This document shows, one piece after another, positions 37,420 through 42,555 of a stretch of DNA of 42,555 nucleotides. The notes beneath the pieces were generated by a model. The model ran no database searches. It was not told the DNA's origin and was given only the letters and a program-made list of their open reading frames with translations. Source of the stretch: Nitrosopumilus sp. (GTDB taxonomy: Archaea; Thermoproteota; Nitrososphaeria; Nitrososphaerales; Nitrosopumilaceae); the NCBI GenBank assembly GCA_041603475.1, contig JBFIEJ010000001.1, positions 1 to 42,555 on the forward strand. Reading direction: 5' to 3'. The stretch's first letter is position 1. Every line of letters starts with the position of its first letter. The translations under genes were made by a program, and so were the position numbers.

Positions 37420-38746
37420 TTTAAGAAATTATATCTCTCAAGTTAAAAAAATTAATGATCTAAAAACTGTAAAAACTAAAGTCTCTACAAAATTTGAAAT
37501 TGCAGGTATTACAGCTAAAGTTGATGGCTCTCATGCTGTACTTTTTGAAAATATCAAAGAAAGTAAATTTAATTTAGTTTCCAATTTGGTTGGAACAAGA
37601 AAACGTTTTGCTCTAGCAGTAGGATCTACTGAATCTAATATTCACCAAAAAATTATTTCAGCAATTAAAAAAGCAAAACGACCAAAAACCATCAGCACAG
37701 GAAATTTTTTTGAAAACAAATCAAAAAACATCTATTCTATGCCTATTGTTACCCATTTTGAAAAAGAATCTGGCCCCTTCATAACATCTTCCATAGTTTA
37801 CGCAATAAATCCTGAAACCGGAAAACAGAATTCATCATTTCATAGATTAATGCCAATTGATAAAACACATTTTTCCATTAGAATGGTAGAGGGTCGTCAT
37901 CTTCATAGATGCTTTACAGATGCAAAAGAACACGGAGATGATCTAAAAATTGCAATTACTGTTGGAGTTCATCCAGCAATATCTATTGCTGGTGCATATC
38001 AAGCTGAATGGGGAAAAGACGAAATTGATATTGCAAATTCTATCTTGGGAGGAAAACTTACCTTATCAAAACTACCCTCAACTGGATTGAAAGTTCCTTC
38101 CGGATCTGAAATTGTAATAGAAGGAAAAATTCTTCAAGATAAAACTCATCCTGAATGGATGGTTGAGATGCTCCAAACATATGATCATAAACGTTCACAA
38201 CCTGTCATTGAGATTGAAAATCTATACTTTAGAAATAATCCTATCTTTCATGATGTTTTATCAGGATACGCTGAGCATAGATTACTTATGGGAATGCCAA
38301 TTGAATCTAAATTAAATGGAGAATTAAAGAAGGCTTTCCCACAAACAAAACAAGTTTCAATGACTAATGGTGGTTGCAATTGGTTACATGCTGTAGTGCA
38401 AATTAAAAAGAAGAGTGAATCAGAACCAAAAAAAATAATCAAAAAAACTTTTGATTCACATCGTTCTCTAAAACAAGTTACAATAGTTGATGAAGATATT
38501 GATCCTAATAGTGCAGAGGCAGTAGAATATGCAATGGCTACACGATTTCAAGCTGATAAAGATCTAGTAATTATTGAAAAAGTTCGGGGTTCAAGTCTTG
38601 ATCCTTCTAGTGATCAACAAAAATTACAAACAGCAAAAATGGGAATTGATGCCACAAAATCCCTTTCCAAGCGTCCAGAAGGATTTGAAATCGCCAAAAT
38701 TCCTAAAATTGATAAAATAAAGCTTGAAAAATACTTTAAAGTCTAA
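37412..38746 (+). CDS. ubiD: UbiD family (prFMN-dependent) decarboxylase
   Basis: NSSFHRL, GRHL, EIVIEG, VDEDIDP, EYAMATRFQ, GSSLDPS, KMGIDAT. Confidence 0.92.
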   Translation: MTDLRNYISQVKKINDLKTVKTKVSTKFEIAGITAKVDGSHAVLFENIKESKFNLVSNLVGTRKRFALAVGSTESNIHQKIISAIKKAKRPKTISTGNFFENKSKNIYSMPIVTHFEKESGPFITSSIVYAINPETGKQNSSFHRLMPIDKTHFSIRMVEGRHLHRCFTDAKEHGDDLKIAITVGVHPAISIAGAYQAEWGKDEIDIANSILGGKLTLSKLPSTGLKVPSGSEIVIEGKILQDKTHPEWMVEMLQTYDHKRSQPVIEIENLYFRNNPIFHDVLSGYAEHRLLMGMPIESKLNGELKKAFPQTKQVSMTNGGCNWLHAVVQIKKKSESEPKKIIKKTFDSHRSLKQVTIVDEDIDPNSAEAVEYAMATRFQADKDLVIIEKVRGSSLDPSSDQQKLQTAKMGIDATKSLSKRPEGFEIAKIPKIDKIKLEKYFKV

Positions 38747-38792
38747 AATCAAATGATTAAATTAAATTGGATGATTTTTAGAATAGTTTTAA

Positions 38793-39281
38793 ATGACATC
38801 TAAAAAATCTAACCTGCGTGAAAAGAGTCCTTCGGAATCACATGCTGAAGTAATTGTTAGGATGTTTCCATCAGATGCAAATCCTGCAGGAAATGTGTTT
38901 GGTGGTGAAATTCTAAAACATATTGATATGGTGGCAGGAATTGTTGCTCAACGTCATTCTCAATCTAATGCCGTTACAGTTTCAATGGATAGTGTAAATT
39001 TTTTAAAACCTGTTTTTGTAGGAAATGTTCTCAAACTTAATGCCAGGATAAATTACATACACAAATCATCTATGGAAATTGAAGTTAAAGCAGAAGCAGA
39101 AGATATTGTAACTGGGATCAGAACAATTACAGGTACTGCTTTTGTTACGTTTGTAGCACTGGATAAAAATGGAAAACCTATGCATGTTCCTAAATTATCT
39201 CTTAAAACTGATGAAGATAGGATAAAGTTTGAGGAAGGTAAAGCAAGAATGGAAAAACGATTAAAAAATCGCCAAAAATAA
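38793..39281 (+). CDS. Acyl-CoA thioesterase (hotdog fold, YciA-like)
   Basis: PSDANPAGNVFGGEILKHID, SSMEIEV, FVALD. Confidence 0.93.
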   Translation: MTSKKSNLREKSPSESHAEVIVRMFPSDANPAGNVFGGEILKHIDMVAGIVAQRHSQSNAVTVSMDSVNFLKPVFVGNVLKLNARINYIHKSSMEIEVKAEAEDIVTGIRTITGTAFVTFVALDKNGKPMHVPKLSLKTDEDRIKFEEGKARMEKRLKNRQK

Positions 39282-39333
39282 CCGACAGATCTTCATAGAT
39301 CCATTTAAGAATAATGAAATTTTACTTTAGTTA

Positions 39334-39747
39334 ATGTCTCAACCAGAAAAATCAAATGAATGGGATTCATTATGGCAAGAATACACAAAGTCATTAGAAA
39401 ATTGGAAAACCCTTTTTGAACAAATTCAAAAAGCTAGTAACGAAATGCAAGCTAAATTTAATGAAGTTTGGGAAAAAGCTACTGTAGAATCTAGTGCTGA
39501 TACAATGAAGTTGTTTGGAGAAAATTGGCAAAAAGCCTTGAATGAGGCTGGAATGAATTCTTTTAAAGAATTTAGTGAAAATTGGCAAAAGGCTCTAAAT
39601 GATACAAACACTGCATCTTTCAAACAGTTTGCTGAAAATTGGCAAAAAACTCTTAGTTCTTCTGGACTAGAGCAAATGAATGCCTATGGTGAAATGATGA
39701 AAAAATTCGCTGAAACATGGAGTACCATGTGGCCAAAATCTAATTAG
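39334..39747 (+). CDS. Hypothetical helical protein with 19-aa FxENWQK repeats
   Basis: gaaaattggcaaaa at 39520, 39577 and 39634 (57-bp period). Confidence 0.85.
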   Translation: MSQPEKSNEWDSLWQEYTKSLENWKTLFEQIQKASNEMQAKFNEVWEKATVESSADTMKLFGENWQKALNEAGMNSFKEFSENWQKALNDTNTASFKQFAENWQKTLSSSGLEQMNAYGEMMKKFAETWSTMWPKSN

Positions 39748-39756
39748 ACAATTAAA

Positions 39757-39972
39757 TTGAGAGAAAAACTTCTCTTTTTTTGTACTTGCACTGCTTTAGA
39801 AATAATGACTGCAATTGGGGTTACTAGTTACCTGTTTTTTCAAGGAGCATCTATTCTTGCATTAATTTCTATGGTAGTTTTTGGTAAACTAATAATTTTC
39901 CATTTTATTATGGAATATTTTGATAGGCAAAATTCTTTAAAATCTAAAAAAATTATCAAGTTTGAATCTTAA
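39757..39972 (+). CDS. Small membrane protein
   Basis: 71 aa, two hydrophobic segments, basic tail. Confidence 0.55.
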   Translation: MREKLLFFCTCTALEIMTAIGVTSYLFFQGASILALISMVVFGKLIIFHFIMEYFDRQNSLKSKKIIKFES

Positions 39973-40268
39973 CGATTTATTTCATAATATTCTACAGGAT
40001 GAGAAAATTGTCGATTAAAATCTACTTCATTCCAAAATCTCTCTTCATCTATAATTTTTCCTTCTGAAATCCATACGTTTAGAACTTTTTGCATAAACAT
40101 TTGTGTTGTGTCATCAATTTGTGGTCTAATCCCTGTTTCTTTTTCTATTCTATCTCTATCTTCCTTGAATTTTTTTAATAATTCTTTAAGATTTTTACCA
40201 TTAATTTTTGCAGCTTTTTCTCTTTTTGCAGACTTAAAATCATTTTTAAAATTTGATAAAAAACCCAT
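39969..40268 (-). CDS. Hypothetical protein
   Basis: 99-aa ATG-initiated ORF. Confidence 0.7.
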   Translation of the reverse strand: MGFLSNFKNDFKSAKREKAAKINGKNLKELLKKFKEDRDRIEKETGIRPQIDDTTQMFMQKVLNVWISEGKIIDEERFWNEVDFNRQFSHPVEYYEINR

Positions 40269-40344
40269 ACTCTTGATTGATTATTGTTTTACTAAAGAGT
40301 TTGGAATAAAATTTTCTGGTGAATTCTTTATCAAATATAATTAA

Positions 40345-41028
40345 TTATTTCCATACTGTCAACTCTTTAATTTTCTCTCTAGATTCATTTACTAATCGTT
40401 TTATCACTGGAATGTAAATTTTCACAGTATAGGCGATTTCAACATTGTCATGTTCCCCTACATCAAGAAATGCAGAAGCAATTACTTGATTTTCTCGCAC
40501 TTTAGGCTCATTTTTTCCATTTCTTTTATGATTAATAATTTCTAAAAAAATGGGTAGTTGTCTCTTTACCTCAATTTGTAATTCTTCTTTTGAACGTAAT
40601 TTACCATTTGTTGAATTAAATTTAATTTCTTGATAAATATCATCTTTGAATCTCTCAGATGATCTCATCATAATTTTTATCCCTGGTAATTTTTTAAATT
40701 TAATTTTAAATTCAATAATATTTCTAATGATATTTGGATATGTGTTTTTATGCTCTTCATTGTATTTTTCCACATACCATTCAAAAAATTTGATGGCATT
40801 TTCATCCTTTTTACTTGTAGCTTTTTCAAAGAATTTTTCTTTAGAAATTTTGTCTGTTATAAATAACCCAAAATCTCTATTAGCTTCTTCAAAAATTCCA
40901 TCTGTAATATCATTTACAGCATCAATGTATTTGCTGAAAAAATAATTCACATAGTATGGGTCAGGATCATATTGATTAATTTGTTTTAGATATATTTCAC
41001 AATTTTTTATAGAATCTTCAATACTCAT
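40345..41028 (-). CDS. Hypothetical protein
   Basis: 227-aa ORF overlapping the upstream gene by 4 nt. Confidence 0.75.
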   Translation of the reverse strand: MSIEDSIKNCEIYLKQINQYDPDPYYVNYFFSKYIDAVNDITDGIFEEANRDFGLFITDKISKEKFFEKATSKKDENAIKFFEWYVEKYNEEHKNTYPNIIRNIIEFKIKFKKLPGIKIMMRSSERFKDDIYQEIKFNSTNGKLRSKEELQIEVKRQLPIFLEIINHKRNGKNEPKVRENQVIASAFLDVGEHDNVEIAYTVKIYIPVIKRLVNESREKIKELTVWK

Positions 41029-41405
41029 TCTTTGATAGATTCTGATGTTGCATATTTTGATTGTGCCTTGAGACTAGTAGCTAATTCTTTAAAAATTTCA
41101 TTAACGCTTACATCTACTAAATTAATGGTTGCATTCTCCTTTACAATTTGTTTTTCGAATTTTTCTTTTATTGCAAATGATACTGAAGACCAATGAAGAG
41201 TACCCTTCAATTGTTCTTCTACTGTCACATTTGTTGTAGGAAAATTTGCAGGTGAAAATACAATTCCATTAGTCCATTGCATTGTTGGAATTCCTCCCCC
41301 AGAAGATCTTGTACTAAATGCTATCTGACGCACCCAATCATCAAATTTGTATTCAATAACTTCATGAATAATCAATTTTTTCCATGGTTCAATAGAAATT
41401 TCCAT
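41025..41405 (-). CDS. Conserved archaeal hypothetical protein
   Basis: 126-aa ORF; EPWKKLIIHE and WTNGIVF motifs. Confidence 0.8.
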   Translation of the reverse strand: MEISIEPWKKLIIHEVIEYKFDDWVRQIAFSTRSSGGGIPTMQWTNGIVFSPANFPTTNVTVEEQLKGTLHWSSVSFAIKEKFEKQIVKENATINLVDVSVNEIFKELATSLKAQSKYATSESIKE

Positions 41406-41517
41406 TTACCATTTTCAACCAAATGCCAATTATAATCTTATTTTTTGTGCGTAAATTCTTGTCCGTATTATTATTTGACACTCATACAGGTAAATCTGAT
41501 TTTAGTGTATTATTACC

Positions 41518-41901
41518 ATGGCAAAAATCATGATAATTGATTCATCAGATGATTCGCGATTTATTTTGAAAAACTATCTTTTATCAAATAATCAAGAAGT
41601 TGTTTTTGAAACAAATAATGGGATTGAAGCAATTCAAAAATATTTTCTAATTAAACCTGAAATCATATTTTTAGATCTTTCGATGAATAATTATGATGGA
41701 CTAGCTATCTTGAAAAAAATTAGACTAAAAGATCCAACTAGTAAAATTGTAATGTTAACCACTAATGATAAAATGAATATGTTAGAAGAATGTATTCATT
41801 TTGGAGCAATTGCATTTATTTCAAAACCATATTCATTATATGATATTTCATCAGTAATTTCATTTGTTAATGAAATTGAACCCATAGAATTGTCTCATTA
41901 A
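41518..41901 (+). CDS. Stand-alone response regulator receiver
   Basis: IIDS, FLDLSM, LT, GA..FISKPY. Confidence 0.88.
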   Translation: MAKIMIIDSSDDSRFILKNYLLSNNQEVVFETNNGIEAIQKYFLIKPEIIFLDLSMNNYDGLAILKKIRLKDPTSKIVMLTTNDKMNMLEECIHFGAIAFISKPYSLYDISSVISFVNEIEPIELSH

Positions 41902-41940
41902 GATCGCTTATTTAGTAGGAATTAATCACTATTTTTTATA

Positions 41941-42555
41941 ATGGATAAATGGGCTGACTATTTAATTTCTGAAGTCAGTTATGATTCTGATCATCTCATC
42001 TATATTGCAATCCGTCATCAAGATACTGAAAAGGGAATTACTTCTGGAAAACCTGTAGATCGTTTAACAATAGCCTCTGATATTAAAAATGGATTATTTT
42101 ACATTACAATAAACAGTGGTAAAAATTCATGGAAACAAGGAAAAAAAATTCAAACTTTTTCAATTGATGGTAATCCGTATTTGCGAATTGATGGTAACAA
42201 AGTAAAATTAGATTATCTTGGGGATCTTCCTGAAGTATCCTCAATAGATTTAAAACAAATCCAAGAATTAGAATCTAAACCCGAATCGATACCAGAACCA
42301 GTATCGGAACCCACTCCCAGTCCTAGAGGTTCATTACCTAAACAATCAGCAGAAGAGCTTCCACAAGAATTAGATCTTGTACCAGAACAAACCCAAGAAA
42401 TAGAAGATGATGAAGCTACACCAGAACAAATAGCACAACTAAATGAACTTCAACAACAGATAGATGATTTAGAAGATTTACTTTCAACCAATCCCTTACC
42501 GGAAATACAAACAGAACCCACTCCCAGTCCTAGAGGTTCATTACCTAAACAATCA
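41941..42555 (+). CDS. DUF3892-like N-terminal domain protein with acidic Pro/Glu repeats (runs off the window)
   Basis: Not in the ORF track. MDKWADYLISEVSYD...YLRIDGNKVKLDYLGDLPE followed by a PEPVSEPTPSPRGSLPKQS region; open to the window end. Confidence 0.8.
   Translation, partial: MDKWADYLISEVSYDSDHLIYIAIRHQDTEKGITSGKPVDRLTIASDIKNGLFYITINSGKNSWKQGKKIQTFSIDGNPYLRIDGNKVKLDYLGDLPEVSSIDLKQIQELESKPESIPEPVSEPTPSPRGSLPKQSAEELPQELDLVPEQTQEIEDDEATPEQIAQLNELQQQIDDLEDLLSTNPLPEIQTEPTPSPRGSLPKQS
42307..42555 (+). repeat. Identical direct repeat of at least 42 bp (42307-42348 and 42514-42555), 207-bp period
   Basis: gaacccactcccagtcctagaggttcattacctaaacaatca occurs twice and encodes EPTPSPRGSLPKQS. 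Confidence 0.9.

Noticed and set aside
8792-40945. Many short antisense or alternate-frame ORFs (e.g. 8792-9217, 10924-11460, 22353-22736, 33479-33901, 40646-40945)
   Set aside because: They lie within well-supported genes and have shadow-ORF composition.

Overview
AT-rich, gene-dense archaeal chromosome segment, almost certainly from a Nitrosopumilus-like ammonia-oxidising archaeon (Nitrososphaerota). Evidence: archaeal information genes (rps19e, TFE, aTrm56, Nep1, Rpp21, NAC, PDCD5), secreted proteins with the thaumarchaeal [12 protein letters not shown] tail, a CFI-box-CTERM-like protein and a cupredoxin. Contents in order: surface-protein cluster plus rhomboid; tautomerase, nitrilase, thiolase/DUF35; a ribonucleotide reductase locus; tRNA-Gly and translation genes; an enoyl-CoA reductase-like/CitE-like pair; a small regulatory module; a six-gene riboflavin cluster; aldehyde dehydrogenase; tfe-trm56-hflX-phoU; Met-rich cupredoxin; UbiD; hypotheticals. 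I see no mobile element, CRISPR array or rRNA. Best candidate for an undescribed system: an HTH + ATP-cone + catalytically dead class III RNR (NrdD-fold) fusion directly upstream of an intact class II nrdJ, with ten GATC sites packed into its promoter region, suggesting an archaeal nucleotide-sensing and possibly methylation-coupled RNR regulator. Other leads: unannotated structured RNA candidates (27960-28050, 6744-6815) and an amidohydrolase inside the riboflavin operon that could fill a missing pathway step. All family calls come from motif recognition by eye; no database searches were run.
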